A DNA stretch of 63,849 nt, filler included, from Octopus bimaculoides (Eukaryota): NCBI RefSeq assembly GCF_001194135.2. It is 8 parts of 7 records of this genome, joined end to end, with 100 filler letters (N's around TTAATTAATTAA, not from the genome) between each part and the next. Parts side by side here need not be neighbours in the genome. Positions count along the whole stretch, not along the records: positions 11,267 to 22,242 come from NC_069009.1; positions 22,343 to 34,220 come from NC_068994.1; 6 more parts are not named here. One strand, written 5' to 3'. Under the pieces are notes generated by a model that had not been told where the DNA came from, made no database searches, and was given only the letters and a program-made list of their open reading frames with translations. Numbering within the stretch: the stretch's first letter is position 1; every line of letters starts with the position of its first letter. Positions 11,267 through 22,386 of the stretch are shown here, in pieces. The translations under genes were made by a program, and so were the position numbers.

Positions 11267-12167
11267 TATATAGGATAAAATCTTTATAAGAATTTATCAA
11301 GTAGTTAGCGTGAAAAACCACATAAGGGAAAAATTAATTATTCCCTATAAATATATTTATATATATTAAGGGCATTACTATACATAAATGCCTCACGCTA
11401 GGAGGTACTCTTATATATATACGTGTACATATGTATATGCATGTATGTTTGTCTGTATATATCCGTGTGTATGTATATATGTGTATTTGTGTGTTTGTGT
11501 GCATATCTATGTATATATTTGTTGTTAACTACAGATCCGTTATCGAACTGCTTAGTGTTCACCTATCACCGATAATCTCTAGAGTCGTAGCCACCACGTC
11601 TTAGGAACTATAACCACTCCCTCAAAACGAAAGGAGAAAATACAGAAAAAAAAAGACCCCCATCTTCATAGATGAAATATCCTTCTACCTCTACTTTTTG
11701 TTTTTCTTTAAATCGATAGCTACGTGATCCGAGAGAGATTTGGCTGCCACATCTAGCATGTCGTGTCGACCACGTAGCGACCTAACAAGCCCCCACACCT
11801 TACCAACCTCCGTTCGCACTTGTTCGAGGTTTGGGTGTGGTTGGGACCTCAGGCCAGCGGTCCTGCAAGCAAGCGCATTTTCCAGCCATGGCTATCCCAT
11901 TACATATTTATTTTAATAAGTCTCGTTTTCTTAATTCATACGCCATGTCGATAGGTGAGAGATTTACAACCAGGTCGCGTAAATCAGATCACGTAGAGGG
12001 CCTCGCCCTGGATACACACCTTTTCAATCATTTTCGTCTTTGTTCAAATTGTAATTGTGATCGTTGTCCTGGTTAATCCCATCACGATTATTACATCAGC
12101 ATGACTTATCGATTAGAACCCAAAGGTATGGCTATATATTTGTTTAACCAACCGTAATTATCGCGTC

Positions 12168-12400
12168 TATCTTCTTCTTCTTCGCCTTCTTCTTCTTCGC
12201 CTTCTTCTTCTTCGCCTTCTTCTTCTTCGCCTTCTTCTTCTTCGCCTTCTTCTTCTTCTTCTTCTTTTTCTTCTTCTTCGCCTTCTTATTCGCTTCCTCC
12301 TCCTCCTTCTTCTTCTTCTTCTTCTTCTTCTTCTTCTTCTTCTTCGCCTTCTTTTTCTTCTTCTTCGCCTTCTTCTTCTTCTTCGCCTTCTTTTTCTTCT
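12168..12400. repeat. (TTC)n/(TTCGCC) composite microsatellite
   Basis: Directly visible. It gives rise to the poly-K/A and poly-R ORFs. Confidence 0.95.
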
Positions 12401-12439
12401 CACCGGACAAAACACTTACTAGCATTTACATTCATATTC

Positions 12440-12667
12440 CTTTATTGCCCACAAGGGGGCTAAACACAGACGGGAACAAACAAGGACAGACAAAGGGATT
12501 AAGTCGATTACATCGACCCCAGTGCGTAGCTGGTACTTAATTTATCGACCTCGAAAGGATGAAAGGCTAAGATGACCTCGGCGGAATTTGAACTCAGAAC
12601 GTAGCGGCAGACGAAATACCGCTAAGCATTTCGTCCGGCGTGCTAACGTTTCTGCCAGCTCGCCGTC
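12440..12667 (-). mobile_element. tRNA-derived SINE (GGCGAGCTGGCAGAAACGTTAG head family)
   Basis: A-box GGCAGAAACGTTAG and B-box GAGTTCAAATTCC. Homologous copies at ~18550-18755, 35115-35315, 35335-35545, 49890-50010 (-) and 56667-56875. Confidence 0.85.
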
Positions 12668-13084
12668 TTTATGTGTGCATATGTGTATGTATATGGATGT
12701 ATGCATGCATGTGTGTATGTATGTGTGCATATATGTGTGCCTATGTGTGTATGTATGTGTGTATATATATTAATGTGTGCACATATATGTATGTGTGTAT
12801 ATATGCATTTGTATCTATGTGTGTATGTTGCACAAACGACGAAATGTGGACATATGAACAGACTGAAATAACTAGAGAGAATAGAACCTTAGGGCCAGAT
12901 GGGACAAGAATAGGGTTACTGCCAGGAGGAATATCCGAAAGAATGAGAAACAAAAGGACAACAGAAAGAAAGGAGAAAGTTGAAAGAAGAAGACAAGAGA
13001 AAATATGACCAGTCGTTTCGGCCGTCAGCGTGAAAAGGAAAAGGGAATAAAAGATAACCATGATATATATATATACTTTTTACT

Positions 13085-13390
13085 CTCTTTTACTCTTTTA
13101 CTTGTTTCAGTCATTTGACTGCGGCCATGCTGGAGCACCGCCTTTAGTCGAGCAAATCGACCCCAGGACGTATTCTTTGGAAGCCTAGTACTTATTCTAT
13201 CGTTCTCTTTTTAGCGAACCACCAGCATCGGTTGTCAAGCGATGTTGCGGGGACAAACACACAAACATATACACACACATACATATAAATATATATATAT
13301 ATACATATATACGACGGTCTTCTTTCAGTTTCCATCTACCAAATCCACTCACAAGGCTTTGGTCGGCCCGAGGCTATAGTAGAAGACACT
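13085..13390 (-). mobile_element. SINE copies (GCGGCCATGCTGGAGCACCGCC family)
   Basis: Close match to 14165-14400, 17440-17582, 44590-44790, 53447-53640 and 63650-63849. Confidence 0.85.
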
Positions 13391-13794
13391 GACTGAAATA
13401 AGTAAAAGGGTAAAAGAGTATATATAAAGTGGAACTGTACAAAAATAAGCATCAATTTCCACCTTATCGTTTGCTTTCCTTCATTTTGGAAAATAATTTA
13501 TTTTACAGTTTATTGTTTGTATTTTGAATTACATATATATGGAGGTACCAAAATCTTATAAGGGCTTAGGGTCTCTGTGGGCCTTAATCTGGCTCTGTTG
13601 TTAGATAATTATGTGGGTTCCTTTTCTGAAATCAAGCTGCCAGATGTCAAAACGTTAGTGTCGACGTCCTGAGCTCAAAAAGTCTGAATTATAAATAGAT
13701 AAAAGGCCAAAAGAGATAAGGAAAAAAAAATCCCATTAAATGTGGAATCGTATTACATTCTCAGAAATGTTGCTGAAGAAGTGTGCATGTATGT

Positions 13795-14400
13795 TGTGAA
13801 GCCACATGGCCTGGTGGTTAAGGCATTTGACTCATGATCGTAAGGTTGTGAGTTCGATTCCCTGTTGTACTTTATTTCTCGTTATTCCAGTCCACTCAGC
13901 TTGCAAAAATAAGTGGTGTCTGTATTTGAAAGTGGCCAGCCTTGTCTCATTCTGTGTCTGTGGAGTACTCGGCCACTTTGCATGTTAATTTCATGAGCAA
14001 GCTGTTCCATCGATTAGATCAACTGGAACCCTCATCGTTGTGCCCAAGTTTTTGTGTCTCCTTGGGCTAAGGACCAAGGGCCAGTTTTTGTGTCTCCTTG
14101 AGCCAGGACCAAGGGCCAGTTTTTGTGTCTCCTTGGGCCAAGGACCAAGGGCCAGTTTTGTATATGTGTTTGTGTGTCTATGTTTGTCCCCCCCTAACAT
14201 CACTTGACAACCGATGCTGGTGTGTTTACGTCCCCGTAACTTAGCGGTTCGGCAAAAGAGACTGATAGAATAAGTACTAGACTTACAAAGAATAAGTCCT
14301 GGGGTCGATTTGATTTGACTAAAAGGCGGTGCTCCAGCATGGCTGCAGTCAAATGACTGAAACAAGTAAAAGAGTAAAAGAGTATGTACCCAGACTTTGT
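13795..14400 (+). mobile_element. Composite SINEs with an internal 3 x ~36-bp tandem repeat
   Basis: tRNA-like head GGCCTGGTGGTTAAGG...GAGTTCGATTCCC. Repeat unit GTTTTTGTGTCTCCTTGGGCCAAGGACCAAGGGCCA at 14047-14160. Confidence 0.75.
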
Positions 14401-14472
14401 GGACATCTTGTAGATATAAAAAATTTATTAAACATAAATTTGAAAGGCAAAGTTGACCTTGGCAGAATAATG

Positions 14473-14499
<27 letters not shown>

Positions 14500-14503
<4 letters not shown>

Positions 14504-14905
14504 TGCTTTCTAATTGATGTATCAATACCAGCAGATGACAACGTTTCCCTAAAAGAAATGGAAAAACTTTCAAAATACAAAGACCTGGAAATAGAGGTAA
14601 CTCGAATGTGGAGTCTAAAAACAGAAACAATTCCTATCATAGTAGGTGCCTTAGGTATAATAAAACAATATTCAGACAAATACATAACAAAAACACCAGG
14701 ACTTACAAATATATGTAACATACAGAAAATTGCACTACTGGGCAGCACTGCACACATCCTACGTAAAAACACTTTCAATACTGTAAAAATAAGAGCATCA
14801 CAGCAGACCACAGCACATACCCAAGGCACACAGAGCTGCGCTCGGTAGTGAAGTGAAAGCACGTTATAAAAATAAAACTACTGAACAATAATAATAATAA
14901 TAATG
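14500..14905 (+). mobile_element. R4/Dong-like (RLE-type) LINE 3' fragment
   Basis: IDVSIPADDNVSLKEMEKLSKYKDLEIEVTRMW...IPIIVGALG...QKIALLG(S)TAHILRK is the restriction-like endonuclease (PD..D-x-K). It ends in an (AAT)n tail. A minus-strand copy lies at 39420-39665. Confidence 0.85.
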
Positions 14906-15944
14906 TCTTCAAATTTTGGCTCAATGCCAGCAATTTTAAAGATCAGGGTAAGTCAATAACATTGTTCCCAGTGTTCAGCTAGTATTTATTTTATCAACCG
15001 TGAAAGAGAAAGTTGGAAAGAGATTCAAAGCTGCAAGACCTGTTGCCGGAATTTGATAAAACCTGTTGCCAGGATTCCAGCTAATGGATTTTGTTTGATT
15101 ATGAGCGGACTATACCTGTCTATTTACTTATTTATGTTGCAATTATATATCAATTAATCAAGCTATCCTTCTGCTTCCTCCATGTGTATATACATGTGCA
15201 TGATATAAATATATAGCCAGATAGATATGTATTTATGTATGTGTGTGTTTGTGTCTCTAATTCCTTATGTACTTTGTACTTCTATATGTAAACCATGTTG
15301 GCAAAATAACATAGTCTGCCATAGACACCTGTGCTTTGGTTCTTTCTTTCTTTTTCTTTTCTCCCCTTTTTTTGTCACTTTTGCTATGAATTAAATTAAT
15401 GAATTCAGCAGGATACACCGTCTGCAAGTAGTTGGGTTCAGCATATTATCCTCCATTTTCTAATTGTTACACAAATTTTGGGTAAAACCTCCACTTTTAC
15501 CCGCTCCCATTGATTGCACCTAGTATAGCACTAGCGTAGCAATAATTGGGTACCCTCCCAGCAGTATACTGGATAGATACTATCCCTTAGTGGGTTGAAC
15601 CCCCAACCCCTAACTCTCTCACGTTATNNNNNNNNNNNNNNNNNNNNNNNNNNNNNNNNNNNNNNNNNNNNNNNNNNNNNNNNNNNNNNNNNNNNNNNNN
15701 NNNNNNNNNNNNNNNNNNNNNNNNNNNNNNNNNNNNNNNNNNNNNNNNNNNNNNNNNNNNNNNNNNNNNNNNNNNNNNNNNNNNNNNNNNNNNNNNNNNN
15801 NNNNNNNNNNNNNNNNNNNNNNNNNNNNNNNNNNNNNNNNCTGTTTGTTGTTTATACAACTGTCTTCGTCTTTTGTTTGTTTGTAAATTCCAACTTTATG
15901 TAAATATAATATATGTAAACAAACATACCTATATTTAGGTATGT

Positions 15945-16170
15945 ATCGTCGTCGTCGTCGTTTAACGTCCGCTTTCCATGCTAGCATGGGTTGGACGATT
16001 TGACTGAGGACTGGTGCAACCAGATGGCTACACCAGGCTCCAATCTGATCTGGCAGTGTTTCTACAGCTGGATGCCCTTCCTAACGCCAACCACTCAGAG
16101 AGTGTAGTGGGTGCTTTTACGTGCCACCCGCACGAAGGCCAGTCAGGCGGTACTGGCAACGGCCAAGCTC
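15945..16170 (-). mobile_element. RTE 3'-UTR-related repeat (second copy at 19470-19745)
   Basis: TTTAACGTCCGCTTTCCATGCTAGCATGGGTTGGACG..., homologous to 6765-6930. Confidence 0.75.
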
Positions 16171-16754
16171 ATGAATATTCTTCATACATTAAAATATGAA
16201 TAAATATGTAAATATATATACGAATATGTATACATATTTATGTATGTATACGTAATATATAAATAAATGTATAAATATATGTATGTATGTATATGTTCAT
16301 ACACATGCACACACATACACCAACAAATATATAAATATATACATACACATATCTATCTAACCATCTCTCTGTATGTATGTATGTATGTATGCATGTATGT
16401 ATGTGTGTGTATGTGTGTGTGTGTATATGTATATATATATATATATTTATATTTATATTGAGGTTATGTGTGAGGAAGGGCATCCAGTTGTAGAAACCAT
16501 GCCAAATCCGACTAGAGTCTGGTACAGCTTCCCAACTTGCAAGCTCTGGTCAAACTGTCCAACCATGCCAGCATGGACAATGGACATTAAATGACGTTGA
16601 TGACGACAAGCTTCTTTCAGTTTCCGTCTACCAAACCCACTCACAAGGCTTCAGTTTGCCCAAGGTTATAGTAGAAGACACTTGCCTAAGGTGCCATGTG
16701 GTCGGATTGAACCTGGAACCATGTGGTTCTGAAGCAAGCTTCATTACCACACAG

Positions 16755-16792
<38 letters not shown>

Positions 16793-17309
16793 CATCATCA
16801 TCATCATCGTTTATTGTCCATCTTCCACGTATACACACGCACACTCACACACACGAATAGATAGATAGATATGTAAGTCTGTATGCATACATATACATAT
16901 ATACATATTTATTTCCATAAATTACCATTCATATACATTTATTTAAATATCTCCATTCAAGATCAGACAATTAAAACAACATCTCGAACTTTATCATACA
17001 TAAAATCCCATCCAGACAGCTATTATTGTGACTAATGACTGATGTTAATGACAAACGACTAACACACGTGAAAATAATATTGCTTTTTTTCATCCCAGGA
17101 AGCAACAGATTGGCAATTGTTAAGCAAAATATCGTTCTGACCTAATATTATTATTACATACCTGCATGTACTTTTTCCATTATTTTCCTGAATTTCAATA
17201 GGTTTATTAACGTTGAATCCAGTTACTGCTTGTCACGAAGCATATTGGACTGGCTTTTTTTATGCAGTAGATTGCCAGTGACCTTCAGAAGTATTTTAAA
17301 TATAACAAT

Positions 17310-17582
17310 AGGCACAGGAGTGGCTGTGTGGTAAGTAGCTTGCTTACCAACCACATGGTACCGGGTTCATCCCCACTGCGTGGCACCTTGGGCAAGTGTC
17401 TTCTAATATAGCCTCGGGCCGACCAAAGCCTTGTGAGTACATTTGATAACTTAGCGGTTTGGCATAAGAGACCGATAGAATAAGTACTAGGCTTCCAAAG
17501 AATACGTCCTGGGGTCGATTTGCTCGACTAAAGGCGGTGCTCCAGCATGGCCGCAGTCAAATGACTGAAACAAGTAAAAGAG
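17310..17582 (+). mobile_element. tRNA-derived SINE
   Basis: Head GGCACAGGAGTGGCTGTGTGGTAAGTAGCTTGCTTACCAACCACATGGTACCGGGTTCATCCCC. The same head occurs at 52938. Confidence 0.85.
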
Positions 17583-17622
<40 letters not shown>

Positions 17623-18511
17623 NNNNNNNNNNNNNNNNNNNNNNNNNNNNNNNNNNNNNNNNNNNNNNNNNNNNNNNNNNNNNNNNNNNNNNNNNNNNNN
17701 NNNNNNNNNNNNNNNNNNNNNNNNNNNNNNNNNNNNNNNNNNNNNNNNNNNNNNNNNNNNNNNNNNNNNNNNNNNNNNNNNNNNNNNNNNNNNNNNNNNN
17801 NNNNNNNNNNNNNNNNNNNNNNNNNNNNNNNNNNNNNNNNNNNNNNNNNNNNNNNNNNNNNNNNNNNNNNNNNNNNNNNNNNNNNNNNNNNNNNNNNNNN
17901 NNNNNNNNNNNNNNNNNNNNNNNNNNNNNNNNNNNNNNNNNNNNNNNNNNNNNNNNNNNNNNNNNNNNNNNNNNNNNNNNNNNNNNNNNNNNNNNNNNNN
18001 NNNNNNNNNNNNNNNNNNNNNNNNNNNNNNNNNNNNNNNNNNNNNNNNNNNNNNNNNNNATTATTCAAACCCCAAAGAATTCCTCTCAACATATGGCTAT
18101 GATCCTCCCCCACTACTTCTGCTCATGATCAGAGATGCACATATCGTCAGCCACCAAGGGACATGCTCAACTGGTTAAGGTCAAACCACTGACAAGCAAA
18201 TCTATGGTATTAAGCAGAATATTTGCTGTAGCCCATCTTTTTATACCAAGACAAAACAATGTCATGATAACACTTCCAATCAAGATAACACTTCCAATCT
18301 TATTATTATTATTATTATTTCGTCTGCCGTTACGTTCCGAGGTCGACTTAACATTTCATCCTTTCGGGGTCGATAAATTAAGTACCAGTTACGAACTGGG
18401 TCAATGTAATCGACTTAAATCCCTTTGTCTGTCCTTGTTTATCCCCACTATGTTTAGCCCCTTGTTGGCAATAAAAAAAAAATTTTAATTAAAAAAATTT
18501 TTTTTAATTAA

Positions 18512-18547
<36 letters not shown>

Positions 18548-20349
18548 GGTGATGAGCTGGCAGAATCGTTGACACACTGGGCAAAATGCTTAGTGGCGTT
18601 TTGTTCGTTCTTACATTCTGAGTTCAAATTCTGCTGAGGTTAACTTTAGTTTTCATACTTTCAGGGCCAATGAATTAAGTGCTAGTTGAGTACAGGGGTC
18701 AATGCAATTAACTCATCCCCTCCCCCAAAATTGCTGCCCTTGTGGCAAAATTTGAAACNNNNNNNNNNNNNNNNNNNNNNNNNNNNNNNNNNNNNNNNNN
18801 NNNNNNNNNNNNNNNNNNNNNNNNNNNNNNNNNNNNNNNNNNNNNNNNNNNNNNNNNNNNNNNNNNNNNNNNNNNNNNNNNNNNNNNNNNNNNNNNNNNN
18901 NNNNNNNNNNNNNNNNNNNNNNNNNNNNNNNNNNNNNNNNNNNNNNNNNNNNNNNNNNNNNNNNNNNNNNNNNNNNNNNNNNNNNNNNNNNNNNNNNNNN
19001 NNNNNNNNNNNNNNNNNNNNNNNNNNNNNNNNNNNNNNNNNNNNNNNNNNNNNNNNNNNNNNNNNNNNNNNNNNNNNNNNNNNNNNNNNNNNNNNNNNNN
19101 NNNNNNNNNNNNNNNNNNNNNNNNNNNNNNNNNNNNNNNNNNNNNNNNNNNNNNNNNNNNNNNNNNNNNNNNNNNNNNNNNNNNNNNNNNNNNNNNNNNN
19201 NNNNNNNNNNNNNNNNNNNNNNNNNNNNNNNNNNNNNNNNNNNNNNNNNNNNNNNNNNNNNNNNNNNNNNNNNNNNNNNNNNNNNNNNNNNNNNNNNNNN
19301 NNNNNNNNNNNNNNNNNNNNNNNNNNNNNNNNNNNNNNNNNNNNNNNNNNNNNNNNNNNNNNNNNNNNNNNNNNNNNNNNNNNNNNNNNNNNNNNNNNNN
19401 NNNNNNNNNNNNNNNNNNNNNNNNNNNNNNNNAGAGTGTAGTTTATATATATATATATATATATTATCATCATCATCGTTTAACATCCGCCTTCCATGCT
19501 AGCATGGGTTGGACGATTTGACTGAGGACTGGTGAAACCAGATGGCTACACCAAGCTCCAATCTGATTTGGCAGAGTTTCTACAGCTGGATGCCCTTCCT
19601 AACACCAACCACTCCGAGAATGTAGTAGGTGCTTTTACATGCCATCGGCACGAGGGCCAGTCAGGCAGTACTGGCAACGGCCATGCTCAAAATGGTGAAT
19701 TTTCCGTGCCACCTGCACAAGAGCCAGTCCAGCAGCACTGGCAAAAACCTCGCTTGAATGTTTATCCCAGATATTCTCATTTTAAAAATCATCTCTGGCT
19801 AATCTTCAAGAGGACGTTGGTGTTGCCTTGGCGGAGGTTTGCACTCTATTGGTGCTCGTTATAGTTTTTCATATTTCTATGTATGGATCGTTTACCGTTA
19901 TATACTAATTAATAATAAATCATTATTACAAGAATGTTTTTCAAAGTCTTGTTATTTTTTTATTCCATATTTACAGTTATTTGGTAATGTGCCGCTTCTA
20001 CCATCAATGATGTATTGTTTGCTGCAAACCAAGCTTTATCATGCTGCATTACCATGATACTCTGCACCAAAGTCTGCAACTGCACATGTTCCTACATTCA
20101 GACCATTTCACAAGTTTCATTATGCACTAAAAAGAGAAAAAGCGATGCTTTAAGAACATGCAAAAACTGCATTAAAACAACACAGAAGATTCATAACAAA
20201 CTGCACCATAAATTCCATGTCAAACATCTTATAAAATTCGGTGGGAATCTGGATAAGATTGGATCAGTAACCCTGGAAATATAGACAAGCTTGCTTTAGA
20301 AATATCAGAGCAGTTTTGAACAGTTTTGTGAAATAATGAACTGCACAAA

Positions 20350-20990
20350 AAGTGCAATTATAGTAAAAGCGACACTGGATCAGAGATCCACATCGAAAAA
20401 TGCATTTGAAGATGAAGTGCATTCGAGTGCATGAATTAGTTCTTTTATGCTAAAATTTGTACAAAAAAACTGCGTTTGAAGATAAAGTGTATCATATTAC
20501 ATGAGCCGTTATCTGATGTCAGAAATTTGCACCAAAAGCTGTATTTGAAGGTGACGTGCACTAGTGTATATGATTGGATTTTGTACAAGCTGCACTAAAA
20601 CTGCATTTTAGATTAAAGTGTACCATAATATGTAATATACGCTCTGACATCAGTGATTTGCGTAGAAAATTGTATTTGAAGGTGAGATGCATAGGTGCAT
20701 ATGATTAACTTTTGTACAAGAGGCTGTACAAAAAAGTGCATTTAAACTTGAAGTGCACCATAATATATGATTCGCTGAGAAGAAATTTGCAACAAAAACT
20801 GTATTTGCAGGTAAAATGTGCATGTGCATATAATTAGTGTTTTACTAAAGGCTGCATTTAAAGTGCACAATAATGTAATTTACTCTGAGGCTTCACTGAT
20901 TTTCCCTGAAAACTGTGCTTCAAGAATAAGTGCATAGATACATAGTTTCTGTATGAAAAACTGCATTTGAAGGTAATGTGCACTGCCGGC
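20350..20990. repeat. Degenerate ~65-bp tandem array with ~130-bp dimeric higher-order structure
   Basis: The motif AA(A/C)TG(C/T)ATTTGAAG..AAGTGCA recurs at 20401, 20471, 20540, 20602, 20671, 20737, 20800, 20853, 20914 and 20962. Confidence 0.8.
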
Positions 20991-21063
20991 ACCATATAAT
21001 TGCTTAAGAACTCTCTCGCAGTTGTGAATGTCGTTGCGCTTGTGTTGAGGTGAAGTTGTGGTA

Positions 21064-21499
21064 ATGGGCACGCAAATGGCCTACATAAAAGGTTTTGCCG
21101 CCGCTTTCTTCTACGGCTCCTGTTCGGTCCTGATGGCTTTCCTCAACAAGATCCTCATGGACATGTACGGCTTCCACTTCCCGATGTGCATCATGGTGGT
21201 GCAGATGTCTCTAACCGTGGTGATATTGTACGCGCTGCGCGCAACGCAGCTTATCCTCATCCCGCCGTACACCTTCAAAGACGGTCGCCTCTTCCTCCTG
21301 CCGGCTGCGTTCTACGCAGCTAACTCAGTGCTTGGTCTCTTCTCGCTCAGCCACATGAACGTCGCAATGTACGGTGTCCTCAAGCGCTGTGTGCCGCTCG
21401 CTACACTTATCCTCTCCGTGGTTCTTTTACGCAAGAGCTGGCCATCGTTTCTCACGCTCATCTCCGTCATCTTTCTCACGGTTGGCTGCATCATTGCAG
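21064..21499 (+). CDS. SLC35D3-like nucleotide-sugar transporter (SLC35D family), coding exon 1; downstream exon(s) not found
   Basis: MGTQMAYIKGFAAAFFYGSCSVLMAFLNK...FHFP...MNVAMYGVLKRCVPLATLILSVVLLRK..PS...GCIIAG has multiple TM helices and the SLC35D motif MY.V.KRC.PL. It ends GCAG|GTGAGT (phase-1 donor). The rest of the 378-aa ORF call is intronic low complexity. Confidence 0.88.
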
Positions 21500-21519
21500 G
21501 TGAGTACCTTTGCAACATT

Positions 21520-22145
21520 TCCTCTCGTTCTTCTTGTCTTCTCTTTATTATTTTTTCCCTTCGTTTTCTTCCTTTTGTTCTTCACTTTCTTGTTGTCATT
21601 CTTTCTTCTTCACTTTTCTTCATCACTTCCTTATCCAACTACTTCACCTTTTTCTTCTTCTTCTTTCTCTCCTCCTCCACCTTCTCTTTTCTTCTTTCTC
21701 TCCTCCTTCTTCTTCTTCTCTTCCTTCTTCTTTCTCTCCTCCTCTTTTCTTCTTCTTCTTTCTCTCCTCCTCCACCTTCTCTTTTCTTCTTTCTCTCCTC
21801 CTTCTTCTTCTTCTCTTCCTTCTTCTTTCTCTCCTTCTCTTCCTTCTTCTTTCTCTCCTTCTCTTTTCTTCTTCTTCTTCTTTCTCTCCTCCTCCACCTT
21901 CTCTTTTCTTCCTTCTCTCCTCCTCCTTCTTCTTCTTCTCTTCCTTCTTCTTTCTCTCCTTCTCTTTTCTTCTTCTTCTTTCTCTCCTCCTCCACCTTCT
22001 CTTTTCTTCTTTCTCTCCTCCTCCTTCTTCTCCTCCTCCTTCTTCTTCTCTTCCTTCTTCTTTCTCTCCTCCTTCTCTTTTCTTCTTCTTCTTCTTTCCC
22101 TCCTCCTCCACCTCCTCCTCCTTCTCCTTCTCCTTCTCCTTCTGC
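21520..22145. repeat. ~620-bp polypyrimidine (CTT/CCT) minisatellite in intron 1
   Basis: Almost purely C/T. The sub-motif CCTCCACCTTCTCTTTTCT recurs every ~100-120 bp. Confidence 0.9.
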
Positions 22146-22342
22146 TAACTTTGCCTTTCATCCTTTTGGGCTTCATAAAATAAGTACCACTTGAGTACAG
22201 GGGTCGATGTAATTGACTAGCTTCGCCCCCCCCCCACTTCACNNNNNNNNNNNNNNNNNNNNNNNNNNNNNNNNNNNNNNNNNNNNTTAATTAATTAANN
22301 NNNNNNNNNNNNNNNNNNNNNNNNNNNNNNNNNNNNNNNNNN

Positions 22343-22386
<44 letters not shown>

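Noticed and set aside
12144-12425. Poly-Arg and Lys/Ala ORFs resembling protamine or histone H1
   Set aside because: They are translations of a TTC/GCC microsatellite with no non-repetitive coding context.
13000-13035. Minus-strand CTGACGG-CC-GAAAC-GACTG-GTC
   Set aside because: It is hammerhead-like, but there is no room for stem II and no stem I partner. At most it is a remnant.
13795-13870. tRNA gene (also other SINE heads)
   Set aside because: A/B boxes are present, but there is no complete cloverleaf and each runs into a SINE body.
14047-14160. CRISPR-like 36-bp palindromic repeats
   Set aside because: No spacers, no cas genes, and a eukaryotic context.
15587-19521. Long ORFs spanning N runs (also 29366-29864, 44096-44622, 49077-49773, 57320-58319)
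   Set aside because: They are artefacts of translating through gaps.
20350-20990. CRISPR, zinc-finger or metal-response-element interpretation of the array
   Set aside because: The cores are too degenerate, spacing is not 84 bp or a constant multiple of 3, frames contain stops, and the TGCAC sites lack the MRE C at position 7.
21500-22242. Long hydrophobic and Glu/Lys/Arg-rich ORFs, including the tail of the 378-aa call
   Set aside because: This is intronic polypyrimidine repeat downstream of the GTGAGT donor.
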